From Acidobacteriota bacterium (GTDB lineage: Bacteria; Acidobacteriota; UBA6911; RPQK01; JAJDTT01), in the NCBI GenBank assembly GCA_965217775.1, contig CBDCJH010000001.1, positions 80,269-144,268 on the forward strand: 64,000 bases of DNA, in the 5' to 3' direction. Below, piece by piece: positions 1 to 11,820 of the stretch. Made by a program: the position numbers and the translations under genes. Numbering within the stretch: the stretch's first letter is position 1; the number at the start of each line of letters is the position of its first letter. A model generated the notes under the pieces. It was not told the DNA's origin. It searched no databases and saw only the letters and a program-made list of their open reading frames with translations.

Positions 1-592
1 GCAGATAGAGCAGGTTGCCGGCGCCCGGACGGCGGCTTCTTCGAGGCTCCGACGGGACGGCAGCCCCGCTGAGAGTGACTTCCGCATCCCGGGCAATCAC
101 CCCGGCAATCGTGAGCGCGCCCCTGGCCAAGCCACCCCCATGGCGCCCGTGGCGGAAATCCGGCATCACCGCCTGGTCCAGAATGCGTCCCACCAACGCG
201 TCCGGAAGGAGTCCTTCCAAACCGTAACCGACTTCAATCCAGATCTTGCGATCCTCCAGCGAGGTGAGGATCAGAACACCGTTGTCCTTGCCTTTCCGTC
301 CCACTCCCCAGCGCTCGAAGAGCCGATTGGCGAAGTCCCGGATCTCTCCTCCCTTCAGCGACCGGAGAGTGACCACCGCAATCTGAGCCGACGTCTTCTG
401 CTCCAGTTCCCTGAGCCGAACCTCCAGTGACCGCCTCAGATTGGCGTCCATCACGCCCGCGTAGTCGCTGACGTAACCCTGGGGCTTCAGACTCTCCAGC
501 AGGGTGTCCGGCTCGACCTGGGCCTGGGATTGACTGCCCAGCAGGAGGAGCAGGGGCACCAGCAACCAACGGCTCGTTCTCACGGGCTCCAT
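1..592 (-). CDS. TPM domain (YgcG-like) protein, 3' end outside the window
   Basis: Manual translation from ATG at 592: signal peptide, then GYVSDYAGVM..LEQKTSAQIAVVT..FERWGVGRKGKDNGVLIL..RKIWIEVGYGLEGLLPD, the typical TPM signature. Not in the ORF track because it runs off the edge. Confidence 0.85.
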   Translation of the reverse strand, partial: MEPVRTSRWLLVPLLLLLGSQSQAQVEPDTLLESLKPQGYVSDYAGVMDANLRRSLEVRLRELEQKTSAQIAVVTLRSLKGGEIRDFANRLFERWGVGRKGKDNGVLILTSLEDRKIWIEVGYGLEGLLPDALVGRILDQAVMPDFRHGRHGGGLARGALTIAGVIARDAEVTLSGAAVPSEPRRSRRPGAGNLLYL

Positions 593-644
593 TGTACTCG
601 ACTCGCCGGTAACCCGATCGGAGGATCGCGAAGCGGCCCGGGGA

Positions 645-669
645 GGGCGACTACAAGGGTCGCCCCTAC
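645..669 (-). repeat. GTAG-type REP-like palindrome
   Basis: Minus strand reads GTAG-GGGCGAC-CCTTGTA-GTCGCCC: GTAG head plus a 7-bp GC stem, intergenic. Confidence 0.65.
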
Positions 670-675
670 TGCCGA

Positions 676-2993
676 TCAGAGCCGGATCCGCCGCAATCTC
701 AAGGCGTTGGCGATCACCGAGAGAGAGCTGAGAGCCATGGCCGCGGCGGCCAGCATGGGGTTCAGCGTGACTCCCCAGAGAGGATACAGGACCCCGGCCG
801 CTACCGGAACACCCAACATGTTGTAAAGAAAAGCTAAAAACAGATTTTGGCGAATGTTTCGCAGCGTCGCCCGGCTCAATCGGAGAGCTCGAAGAATGCC
901 TTTCAGATCCCCCCGAACCAGGGTCACCCCGGCACTCTTGAGGGCGATGTCGGATCCCGTGCCCATGGCGATGCCCACCTGGGCCAAGGCCAGGGCCGGG
1001 GCGTCGTTGACGCCATCCCCCGCCATGGCCACGATCCGGCCCTCCTCCTGGTACCTATGAATCAGACTCGCCTTCTCGTCGGGCAACATCTCCGACCGGA
1101 CCCGTTCGATCCCCAGCTCACTCGCCACCGCGTCGGCCGTGGTCCGGCCGTCGCCGGTGAGCATGACGATCCTGAGGTCTTGGATCCTCAACTGCGCCAG
1201 AGTCTCCCGGGCGGACGCCTTGACCGGGTCACCCAGACCCAAAACGCCGGAGCTACGCCCGTCGACGGCCACGAAGAAGGCCGTCAGCCCGCGGTGGCGC
1301 AACTCTTCCGCCTGCTGATCCAGATCCCCCACCCGGACGGACAGACCCGCCAGGAAACGCCGGTTGCCCACCGCCACATCCCGGCCCTCCACCTTTCCCC
1401 GGACCCCCTGTCCGGCCACGGAATCGAAGCGTTTCACGGAAGGTAACTCCAGACCCTCCCGACGCGCTCCATCAACCACGGCCCCGGCCAGGGGATGCTC
1501 ACTCCCCTGTTCGACGCCGGCGGCGAGTCTCAGGATCTCCTCACGCTTCCATCCGGCGGCCGGAAGCACGGCCTGAAGCCGGGGTCTCCCTTCGGTGAGA
1601 GTGCCCGTCTTGTCGACCATCAGGGTATCCACGCGCTCCAGGACTTCCAGCGATTCGGCGTCGCGAATCAGGACCCCCGATCGGGCCCCCTCCCCCACCC
1701 CCACCATGATGGACATGGGAGTGGCCAGACCGAGGGCGCAGGGACACGCGATCAGCAATACCGCTGCCGCCGTGACGAGCGCGTTGGCCCACCTGGGTTC
1801 CGGTCCCAGCAGTCCCCACGTCACTGCCGCCGCCACCGCCACCAGAATGACCCCGGGTACGAACCACGCCGCCACCCGGTCCACCAAGCGGTGGACGGGC
1901 GCCCGGGAGCGTTGGGCTTCGGTGACCATCCGGACGATACGGGCCAAAAGGGTCTCGGTCCCGACCCGGCGAGCCTCCATGACGAGCGTACCGGAACCGT
2001 TCGCCGTCCCGCCCGTCACCGAGTCTCCCGGTTGTTTCATGACCGGGATGGACTCGCCGCTGATCATGGACTCGTCGACGCTGCTCTCTCCCTCCAGCAC
2101 CCGGCCGTCCACCGGGACCTTGTCCCCCGGGCGCACTCGCAGCCGATCGCCCGGCTGCACGTCCCCCAAAGGCACCACTTCTTCGCCTCCGGCGACGATC
2201 TTCCGGGCGGTGGGCGGAGACAGTTCCAGCAGGGACCGGATGGCGCTGCCGGTACGCGCCCTGGCTCTGAGCTCCAGGACCTGCCCCAGAAGGACCAGGG
2301 TCGTGATGACGGCGGCCGCCTCGAAATAGACGCCCACCTGACCGAGGCTGTCCCGATAGACATCCGGAAAAGATTTTGGAAACCCGACGGCCGCCAAGCT
2401 GTAGACGTAGGCTGCGCCCGTGCCCAGGGCAATCAGCGTGAACATGTTCAGGCTGCGATTCAGAATGGAGGCCCAGGCTCTCTGCCAGAAGGGGAGCCCT
2501 CCCCAGATCACCACGGGCGTGGCCAGCAGCAGCTCGATCCACTGGCGGAGCGTCGGAGTCAAGGTCCCGGAGATCGGACGTCCCGGCGCCATATCCAACA
2601 TGGACAGCAGAAAAAGGGGAACGGTGAAACCGAGACTCCAGCGGAAACGCCGGGTCATTTCCCGCAATTCTCCGTCGTCGTCTCCTGCCGCCGGGTCGTA
2701 CGGCTGCAAAGCCATGCCACATGAGGGACACGACCCTGGTGTCGGCGACTCGACGCCGGGACACATGGGGCAGACGTAAGCGAAGGCGTCCCCATGGTCC
2801 CGGACCTGGTCCTCGGAAGGGTCCCCTCCCTGGTGCGCAAGGGCGAGTTCCGGATCGGACCGGAACAAATCGGCGCAGTGTGAGCAGCAAAAGTAGTACC
2901 TGGTTCCCCGGTGGGCGACGGTGACGGTGTCGGGTCCGGGAGTCACCGTCATCCCGCAAACCGGATCGATTTCACGCTGCTCGGACGAGGGGC

Positions 2994-2997
<4 letters not shown>
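676..2997 (-). CDS. copA: Heavy-metal (Cu+/Ag+) translocating P1B-type ATPase with YHS and metal-binding N-terminal domains
   Basis: DPVCGM..YYFCC (YHS), [34 protein letters not shown] and MALSS motifs. Confidence 0.92.
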
Positions 2998-4078
<1,081 letters not shown>

Positions 4079-4082
<4 letters not shown>

Positions 4083-5467
4083 GACGGAGGTTGTCCCTCA
4101 CCCTTGATTCGCCTGAGTCCGAACTTCCGCATCCGGTAGATCAGAGTGTTTCTGGTGATCCCCAGGTACCGCGCCGTACGAACCTGATTCCAGCGGTTCC
4201 GCTCCAGCGCCGCCAGCAGGATGTCACGCTCCAGCTCTTGCAGAGAAAAGCCTTTCTCCGGGAGCCGGAACATCCGGCCGTACGAATCCGCGGGAGGGCG
4301 GCGGATCTCGATGGGCAGGTCCTCGCGCTCGACGCTTCCGGTCCGGTTGAAGAGCACCAGCCTCTCGACGACGTTTTCCAGCTCCCGGACATTGCCGGGC
4401 CAACGGTACGACTGCAGCAGCGAAACCCCCTCTTCCCCGAACCGCACCTCCTTTCCCAGTTTCCGGGACGACTCACTCTGGAAATGGTGGATCAGAAGCG
4501 GGACGTCTTCCCGGCGCTCCCGCAAGGGGGGGATCCTCAAGGGCGCGACCGAGAGCCGATAGAACAGATCTTGCCGGAATCGGCCCTCGGCCATGTTCCG
4601 GACCAGGTCCTGATTCGTGGCCGCCAGGATCCGGACGTCCACGGGAGAGGGTACGGGGTCTCCGATCACATCCATCTCCTTGTGCTGCAATACCCGGAGC
4701 AGCTTCACCTGCATATCCAGCGGAAGCTCCGCCACCTCATCCAGGAACAGAGTCCCGGTGTCCGCCACGGCGAACTTTCCATGCCTGTCGGCGACGGCTC
4801 CGGTGAATGCGCCCTTCCGGTGACCGAAGAGTTCGGACTCCATCAGGTCCCGCGGAATGGCGCCGCAGTTGACCACCACGAAGGGACGATCCCGGCGCGG
4901 ACCGTTGAAATGGATGGCCCGCGCCAGGAGTTCCTTCCCGGTCCCCGTCTCTCCCTGAATCAGAACCGTCGTCCCCACCGCCGCCAGTTGGCGCGCCATG
5001 TCCAGGACCTCCCGGAACTCCTTGGACGATCCCACGATCCCCTCGAACTCGAACCTGCGCTGCACCTCCCGGGAGAGTCTCCGGTTCTCCCGAATCAACT
5101 GCGTCATCTGCAGGGCTTTCCGGATGGAGTGGTGGATCTCCTCCCGCTCGAAGGGCTTGGTCAGAAAATCGGAGGCCCCGCCCTTGACGGCGTCGACGGC
5201 CCCCTCGATGGAGCCGTGGGCGGTCAGGACGATCACGGGCAGGTCCGGGTCCAGCCGGCGGATCCGTTCCAGCAACTGGAGGCCGTCCATCCCCGGCATG
5301 CGAAGGTCGGTGACCACCAGGTCCACGTCGGACTCGCGAACCCGGTCCAAGGCGCGGTCACCGGAAGAGACGCAGCAAGTGTCGTACCCGAACTGCTCGA
5401 CCTGATAACCCAGGACCCGCAGGAAATTCCGGTCGTCGTCGACCAACAGGATCCGTTCGGATTTCAT
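4079..5467 (-). CDS. Sigma54-dependent NtrC/ZraR-family response regulator
   Basis: Receiver domain (DD, DLRMP, K), GETGTGKE, ESELFGHRKGAFTGA, WPGNVREL, C-terminal Fis-type HTH. Confidence 0.95.
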
Positions 5468-5491
5468 CTTCTATCCATTGTAACCAACATG

Positions 5492-5551
5492 TGTATCATA
5501 TGAGACATCTGTTTTATTTCCCACATTCTATGATTCATATGAACCATAGAA
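5492..5551. promoter_or_regulatory. Two palindromic enhancer-like (UAS) sites with TCATATGA core
   Basis: TGTATCATATGAGACA (5492-5507) and TTCTATGATTCATATGAACCATAGAA (5526-5551), ~100-155 bp upstream of a -24/-12 element. Confidence 0.65.
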
Positions 5552-5646
5552 CAGGCTCGTCGATCCCCGGACCGTCTCCGGCCGGTAAGCATCAAATATC
5601 CAATTTGGAAGGACTTAGCACCCGCATCCGGGGGCAGGAGCTCCAG

Positions 5647-5663
5647 TTGGATCGGAAATTGCG
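5647..5663 (+). promoter_or_regulatory. Sigma54 (-24/-12) promoter for the tolC-cusB-cusA operon
   Basis: TTGG-ATCGGAAATT-GCG: GG-N10-GC spacing with TTGC, ~30 bp before the ATG at 5694, divergent from a sigma54 activator gene. Confidence 0.7.
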
Positions 5664-5693
5664 TGCGAAAACAGGCGAGCCGGACAAGTGACG

Positions 5694-7193
5694 ATGAAGA
5701 GATCGACACCCTTAACAGCCCGTGGTGAAAGTCGCCACGGCATTCGACCGTCCCTGCATCCCGGCGAACTGCGTTGCGATCGGCTCACATACTCCCGGTA
5801 TGCTCCCTCATCGCGCCTTGTCCGGCGGGCGCAGGAACGGTCTCGGTGCTCGCGGGACTCTCACCACGGACTGTTAATCCTGACGGCCGTATTGCTGGGA
5901 GTCGGGCTCCTCCTGCCGGGGGTCCCCGGAGTCTACGGAGCGCAGCCGGATGCGGAGCAAGCCTTCCACATCCCGGACCCGCTGCTGGGTGAGTACATTC
6001 GCACCGCCCTCGACTCCAACCCCTCCATCCTGACCGAGCTGGCCCGTTACCGTGCGGCTCTCCAGAAGGTGCCCCAGCAGACCGCTCTTCCCGATCCCAT
6101 GGTGAGCTTCGGCCGCTACCTTCGCAGCGTAGAAACCCGGGAAGGTCCTCAACTGAGCACGCTCACACTCAGCCAGCGGTTCCCCTGGTTCGGCAAGCTG
6201 GACCTGAAGGGCAAGATCGCCTTCAAACGGGCGGCGGCCCGATACCGTCTCTACCGCGCCCGGGAAAGGGAAGTCGCCGCCGACGTGAAGCGAAACTTCT
6301 ACGACGTGGCCTTTCTGGACCGGGCCCTGGAAGTCGTACAGGAGGAGAAATCTCTGCTGGCTCACTACGAGAATCTGGCTCAGGCTCGTTACGCTTCGGG
6401 CAAGGGACACCAGCAGGAGGTGATCCGGATCCAGGCCGAGATCAGCCGGACCATGAGCCGGCTGGAACTGCTGGGACAACAACGCCAATCGGCGGCGGCA
6501 CGACTGAACAGCCTGCTGGACCAGCCTCCGGAAAAGCCCGTGCCTCGACTCCTGCTTCCCGCTGCGGCGAAGGTCAGTATCAACTTGGATGAATTGTACG
6601 AGCTGGGGAAGCTTCACCGGCAGGAACTCAAGGGGACCATGGCGCGGATCGAAGCTTCGGAGCAGGGCGTGGAGCTGGCCAAGAAGAGTTTCTGGCCGGA
6701 TTTCACACTGACTGCGGGGACCGTCAACGTGGGCGGTCTTCCGCCGCAGGACCTGTTGCCGGCGACGCGTCCCGGCGGCGGAAAGAATGCCTACAACCTC
6801 TCGGTGGGCATCAACATTCCCCTCCAAAGGCACAAATACCGCGCGGAGGTGATGGAGGCCGCGGAAAACCTGATCGCCGAACGCAGCACGTATCGAGATC
6901 TGCGAAACCGGATTCAACTCTCCATCCGGGACCTGGCGGTTCGCATCCAGACCCTGTGGAGACAGATGGACCTGTTTGAACGGGTCCTGATTCCCCAGAC
7001 CCGGGAGGCGCTCCGTTCCGCCGAGTCCGGATACCGGAACGGGCAGTTGGGGGCCCTGGAGCTCTTGGACAGCGAACGGTCCCTGTTGGAAACGCGCGTG
7101 CTCCAGGCTCGCCACCGGGCCGACTATTTGCAGGCCCTGGCGGAAATGGAGCGGGCCGTCGGAGCACGTTACCCCGGATCGGGAGAAGACTGA
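5694..7193 (+). CDS. TolC-family outer-membrane efflux protein (CusC-like), with an in-frame MITE in its signal peptide
   Basis: LPDP..SQRFPWFGKL and ..Y.NGQLGALELLDSER..ALAEMERAVG OEP motifs; first gene of an RND operon. Confidence 0.88.
   Translation: MKRSTPLTARGESRHGIRPSLHPGELRCDRLTYSRYAPSSRLVRRAQERSRCSRDSHHGLLILTAVLLGVGLLLPGVPGVYGAQPDAEQAFHIPDPLLGEYIRTALDSNPSILTELARYRAALQKVPQQTALPDPMVSFGRYLRSVETREGPQLSTLTLSQRFPWFGKLDLKGKIAFKRAAARYRLYRAREREVAADVKRNFYDVAFLDRALEVVQEEKSLLAHYENLAQARYASGKGHQQEVIRIQAEISRTMSRLELLGQQRQSAAARLNSLLDQPPEKPVPRLLLPAAAKVSINLDELYELGKLHRQELKGTMARIEASEQGVELAKKSFWPDFTLTAGTVNVGGLPPQDLLPATRPGGGKNAYNLSVGINIPLQRHKYRAEVMEAAENLIAERSTYRDLRNRIQLSIRDLAVRIQTLWRQMDLFERVLIPQTREALRSAESGYRNGQLGALELLDSERSLLETRVLQARHRADYLQALAEMERAVGARYPGSGED
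5715..5874 (+). mobile_element. MITE-like element, copy 1 (~160 bp)
   Basis: TA|ACAGCCCGTGGTGA...TCACCACGGACTGT|TA: terminal inverted repeats and duplicated TA; highly similar inverted copy at 38755-38915. Confidence 0.85.
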
Positions 7194-8695
7194 TGAAAAG
7201 ATGGGTTCTACCGGTCTTGCTGATTTTTCTGGCGGCGGCCGCCCTGATCCTGGTGGATCCTTTCGATTGGCGCCTGATCCATCGGTTCCGGAAGGGAATC
7301 CCCTCCTGGTTCGGCATTCTGTCTCCCCAACGAGATTCCCAGGAGGGACAGCTCTGGACCTGCGGCATGCATCCCCAGGTCATCCGCCAAGGGCCGGGAA
7401 GCTGTCCGCTCTGCGGGATGCGCCTGAGTCCGTTGAAAGGATCGACCGCCGGCCGGGAAGGCTCCGGGACAGATCGGGAAGGTGCCGGGACCGACCACGT
7501 CATGTCCCGTTCCCGACTCTCGCACGGCTCCACGGGCGACACCGGTGTTTCCGGCGAAACGGAGACACGCACCGCAGACAACCAACAGCCGGACGTTCCG
7601 GAAACGGAAATCGAGACCCGTCATCAGGACGTCGTTCGAATCGACCCGTCCTTCGTCCAGAACTTCGGCGTGCAGTGGGTCGCAGTCCGGCGGGTCGATC
7701 TCTCCTTCACCATCCGAACCGTGGGAAACCTGGTCCACGACGAAGGGAAGATGTCCTGGATCAACACCAAGTACGACGGTTGGATCGAGAAGGCTCACGT
7801 CAACTACGTGGGTGAGCCGGTCGAGAGAGGCCAGAAGCTGCTGGAGATCTACAGCCCCGAACTGGTGACCACCCAGCAGGAGTATCTGCAGGCCATGGAC
7901 TACGCCGAGCGGCTCGGCGGAAACCAGTACCCCGAGGTCGCCGAGCGGGCCCGATCCCTGGTGGAGTCCAGCCGGCGCCGGCTGGATCACTGGGACGTCG
8001 ACTCGGACCAGATCCGCCGTCTGGAAGAGTCCCGAGAGCCCCGGCACACCGTCACCTTGGTATCACCGGTCAGCGGAGTGGTGGTGGAGAAAATGGACAA
8101 GGCGTTGGAGGGGATGCGAGTCCGTCCCGGAATGAACCTCTACAAGATCGCCGATCCTTCCAGCCTCTGGGTGGAGGCGGAGGTCTTCGAGCATCAGATT
8201 CCCTGGCTGCAGATCGGACAGGCCGCCTCCATCGAGATTCCTGCCCAACCGGGACAAAAATTTCAAGGCGCCGTCCGGTTCCTGTCCCCCGCCATCAGCG
8301 GCCGGACCCGGACTCTCAAGGTGTCGGTGGAGTTGATGGATCCCGATCCGAGCCTTCGCGCCGACATGTACGCCAACGTCACCTTCGACGTGTCATCGGT
8401 CCGCGGAGCACTGGCGGTTCCCGAGGACTCGGTGATCCACAGCGGCCGCCGGAACCTGGTGGTCCTGGATCGGGGAAATGGAGCCTTCCAGGTCCGGGTG
8501 GTGGTGTTGGGCAGAAACGGCAATGGATTCTGGGAAGTGAGGAAGGGTCTGGCCGTTGGCGATCGGGTCGTGATCTCTTCCCAATTCCTCATCGATTCGG
8601 AGAGCCGTCTGAAGGAGGCCATTCGGAAAATCGTCTCTCCGAACTCCACGGACGCCACGGGGAACACAGGATCCTCCATGCATCATCAGCACTGA
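7193..8695 (+). CDS. cusB: Efflux RND periplasmic adaptor subunit (CusB-like) with heavy-metal-binding domain
   Basis: WTCGMHPQV..PGSCPLCGM, GWIEK..V..GQ.L..IYSPEL..Q.EY MFP motifs; C-terminal MHHQH. Confidence 0.9.
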   Translation: MKRWVLPVLLIFLAAAALILVDPFDWRLIHRFRKGIPSWFGILSPQRDSQEGQLWTCGMHPQVIRQGPGSCPLCGMRLSPLKGSTAGREGSGTDREGAGTDHVMSRSRLSHGSTGDTGVSGETETRTADNQQPDVPETEIETRHQDVVRIDPSFVQNFGVQWVAVRRVDLSFTIRTVGNLVHDEGKMSWINTKYDGWIEKAHVNYVGEPVERGQKLLEIYSPELVTTQQEYLQAMDYAERLGGNQYPEVAERARSLVESSRRRLDHWDVDSDQIRRLEESREPRHTVTLVSPVSGVVVEKMDKALEGMRVRPGMNLYKIADPSSLWVEAEVFEHQIPWLQIGQAASIEIPAQPGQKFQGAVRFLSPAISGRTRTLKVSVELMDPDPSLRADMYANVTFDVSSVRGALAVPEDSVIHSGRRNLVVLDRGNGAFQVRVVVLGRNGNGFWEVRKGLAVGDRVVISSQFLIDSESRLKEAIRKIVSPNSTDATGNTGSSMHHQH

Positions 8696-8721
8696 AGGTC
8701 CAACCCACGGTGATCTGAGAA

Positions 8722-11700
8722 ATGCTTGGGAAAATCATCGACTGGTCCCTGGAAAACCGCCTCCTGGTCATCCTGGCCACCGGTTTCATCATCATCGCCG
8801 GACTGTATTCCTTCCGGCAGACCCCCCTGGACGCCATTCCGGACCTCTCTGACGTCCAGGTCATCATTTACGCCGAATACCCGGGCCAGGCCCCGCAGGT
8901 GGTGGAAGACCAGTTGACCTACCCCATCACCACCCAGATGCTCTCCGTGCCCTATTCGAAAGCCGTGCGGGGGTACTCTTTCTTCGGTTATTCCTTCGTC
9001 TACGTCATCTTCGAAGACGGGACCGACATGTACTGGGCCCGGAGCCGGGTGCTGGAGTCCCTGAACTACGTCAGCACCCGTCTGCCCGAAGGAGTGAGTC
9101 CCACCCTGGGACCGGACGCCAGCGGCGTCGGGTGGGCCTTCATGTACGTCCTCAAATCGGAACGGAGAAACCTGGCCGAGCTTCGCAGCCTCCAGGACTG
9201 GTTCCTCAAGTACGAGCTCACCTCGGTCGACGGCGTGTCGGAAGTCGCGAGCGTCGGCGGCTTCGTCAAGCAGTACCAGATCACCGTGGATCCCAACAGG
9301 CTCCGAGCCTACGACATTCCCATCTCCCAGATTCGCCAGGCCGTCCAGCGGAGCAACAGCGAAGTGGGGGGACGGGTCCTGGAGATGTCGGAAACCGAGT
9401 TCATGATCCGCGGCCGGGGATATATCCGGAACGTGGCGGACCTCCGGGAGATTGCGTTGGCGGTGTCTCCGGCCGGAACGCCGATTCTCCTGAGAGACGT
9501 GGCCACGGTCCAGATGGGACCCGAAATGCGGCGGGGGATCGCTGAATTCAACGGCGAGGGAGAGGTGGTGGGCGGAATCGTCGTGGTGCGGTCCGGGGCC
9601 AATACCCACCAGGTCATTCAAGGAGTCAAGGAGAAGTTGGAGGAGCTGCGCCAGGGTCTGCCCGGGGACGTCGAGATCCTGACCGTCTACGACCGGTCGG
9701 CTCTGATCGAACGGGCGGTGAAGACACTGGGGGAGAAACTCCTGGAAGAGGGGCTGGCGGTCGCCCTGGTGTGCATCCTGTTCCTGCTCCATTTGCGCTC
9801 CTCGCTGGTGGCCATCATCACCTTGCCGGTGGCGGTCCTGATCTCCTTCATCGTCATGGAGCAGCAGGGGATCGACGCCAACATCATGTCTCTGGGGGGC
9901 ATCGCCATCGCCATCGGGGCCATGGTCGACGGCGCCGTCATCATGATCGAGAACGCCCACAAGCACCTGGAGGCGGATCGCGGCCGCAAGGACCACTGGC
10001 AGATCATCGCCGAGGCCTCCAAGGAGGTCGGCCCCACCCTCTTCTTCGCCATGCTGGTCATCACCGTCTCCTTCATTCCCGTCTTCACTCTGGAGGCCCA
10101 GGAAGGGAGGCTCTTCAAGCCCTTGGCCTTCACCAAGACCTGGTCCATGGCGGCGGCTTCGATTCTGGCGATCACTCTGGTGCCGGTCCTCATGGGTTAC
10201 TGGATTCGGGGCCGGATCCGGTCCGAGAAGAGGAATCCCCTCAGCCGTATCCTGATCCGGCTCTACGACCCGGTGCTCCGTCTCCTGCTGAGGTGGAAGT
10301 GGACGGTCCTGCTCCTCACCGCCGGGACCTTGGGGTTGACCTGGTTTCCCTACTCCCGCCTGGGATCCGAGTTCATGCCGCCCCTCTATGAAGGCGACCT
10401 GCTCTACATGCCCACCACCCTGCCCGGAATCTCCACCACCAAGGCCCGAGAGATCCTGCAGCAGACAGACAGGATCATCGCCAGCTTTCCCGAGGTCGAC
10501 CGCGTCTTCGGAAAGATCGGGCGAGCCGACACGGCCACCGACCCCGCCCCCCTGAACATGATCGAAACCACCATCATGCTCAAACCCGAGTCGGAGTGGC
10601 GCCCCGGCATGACCCCGGACACCCTCATCGCTGAGTTGAACCAGGCCATTCAGTTCCCTGGACTCACCAACACCTGGACCATGCCCATCAAGACCCGGAT
10701 CGCCATGCTCTCCACCGGAATCAAGACCCCGGTCGGGATCAAGTTGTCGGGACCGGACCTTACCGTGCTCCAGAACCTGGGGCAGGAGATCGAGGCGGTG
10801 GTCCGCCGCCTGCCCGGCACCCTCTCCGTCTACTCGGAGCGGGTCATGGAGGGCAACTACCTGGACTTCGACATCCGGCGGGACGCCATTGCCCGCTACG
10901 GGCTCACCGTGGGCGACGTCCAGGATGTGATCCAGTCGGCCATCGGCGGAATGAACATCACCACCACCGTCGAGGGTCTGGAGCGCTATCCGGTGAATCT
11001 ACGCTACAGCCGGGAATTGCGGGACAACCTTCCTGCCCTGCGGGAAATCCTGGTTCCCACACCACGGGGGTCGCAGATCCCCCTGGGACAGTTGGCCTCC
11101 ATCCGAATCCGGAAGGGGCCGGCTTCCATCAAGACCGAGAATTCCCGCCCCAACGCCTGGATCTACGTCGACCTGGCAGACATCGACGTGGGGAACTACG
11201 TGACCATGGCGCGGCAGGCGGTCGCGGGCCAAGTCGACGTTCCCGACGGATACAACGTCGTCTGGAGCGGTCAGTACGAGCACATGGTGCGGACCCGCCA
11301 ACACCTGATGGCCGTGATCCCCATGACCCTGTTGATCGTCTTCGTCATCATCTACCTGAACACGCGCTCCGTTTTCGAGACGGCCATCGTGTTTCTGGCG
11401 GTCCCCTTCTCCCTGGTGGGAGCGTTCTGGCTGCTCTATCTGCTCGACTACAACATGAGCGTTGCGGTCTGGGTCGGGATCATCGCCCTGATGGGACTGG
11501 ATGCGGAAACCGGCGTGGTGATGCTACTCTACCTGAACGTGGCCTACGGGAAGGCAGTCCGGGAGGGTCGCATGCAGCGGCTTTCGGATCTGACCGGTTG
11601 CATCCGCGAGGGCGCGGTCCACCGTGTGCGCCCCAAGGTGATGACGGCCTGCATCATCCTGGCGGGTCTCATTCCCATCATGTGGAGCCGTGGAGCCGGC

Positions 11701-11820
11701 GCGGACGTCATGAAGAGAATCGCCGCACCCATGGTCGGCGGAGTGACGACTTCCGTCCTCCTGGAACTCTGTGTCTACCCCGTCATCTACTACATCTGGA
11801 AGGGTTGGAGGCTGAAATGA
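8722..11820 (+). CDS. cusA: CusA/CzcA-family heavy-metal efflux RND permease
   Basis: LDAIPDLSDVQVI, YWARSRVLE, GPDASGVGW, EFMPPLYEGDLLYMP, MIETTIMLKP, RPKVMT, MKRIAAPMVGG; 1032 aa. Confidence 0.95.
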   Translation: MLGKIIDWSLENRLLVILATGFIIIAGLYSFRQTPLDAIPDLSDVQVIIYAEYPGQAPQVVEDQLTYPITTQMLSVPYSKAVRGYSFFGYSFVYVIFEDGTDMYWARSRVLESLNYVSTRLPEGVSPTLGPDASGVGWAFMYVLKSERRNLAELRSLQDWFLKYELTSVDGVSEVASVGGFVKQYQITVDPNRLRAYDIPISQIRQAVQRSNSEVGGRVLEMSETEFMIRGRGYIRNVADLREIALAVSPAGTPILLRDVATVQMGPEMRRGIAEFNGEGEVVGGIVVVRSGANTHQVIQGVKEKLEELRQGLPGDVEILTVYDRSALIERAVKTLGEKLLEEGLAVALVCILFLLHLRSSLVAIITLPVAVLISFIVMEQQGIDANIMSLGGIAIAIGAMVDGAVIMIENAHKHLEADRGRKDHWQIIAEASKEVGPTLFFAMLVITVSFIPVFTLEAQEGRLFKPLAFTKTWSMAAASILAITLVPVLMGYWIRGRIRSEKRNPLSRILIRLYDPVLRLLLRWKWTVLLLTAGTLGLTWFPYSRLGSEFMPPLYEGDLLYMPTTLPGISTTKAREILQQTDRIIASFPEVDRVFGKIGRADTATDPAPLNMIETTIMLKPESEWRPGMTPDTLIAELNQAIQFPGLTNTWTMPIKTRIAMLSTGIKTPVGIKLSGPDLTVLQNLGQEIEAVVRRLPGTLSVYSERVMEGNYLDFDIRRDAIARYGLTVGDVQDVIQSAIGGMNITTTVEGLERYPVNLRYSRELRDNLPALREILVPTPRGSQIPLGQLASIRIRKGPASIKTENSRPNAWIYVDLADIDVGNYVTMARQAVAGQVDVPDGYNVVWSGQYEHMVRTRQHLMAVIPMTLLIVFVIIYLNTRSVFETAIVFLAVPFSLVGAFWLLYLLDYNMSVAVWVGIIALMGLDAETGVVMLLYLNVAYGKAVREGRMQRLSDLTGCIREGAVHRVRPKVMTACIILAGLIPIMWSRGAGADVMKRIAAPMVGGVTTSVLLELCVYPVIYYIWKGWRLK

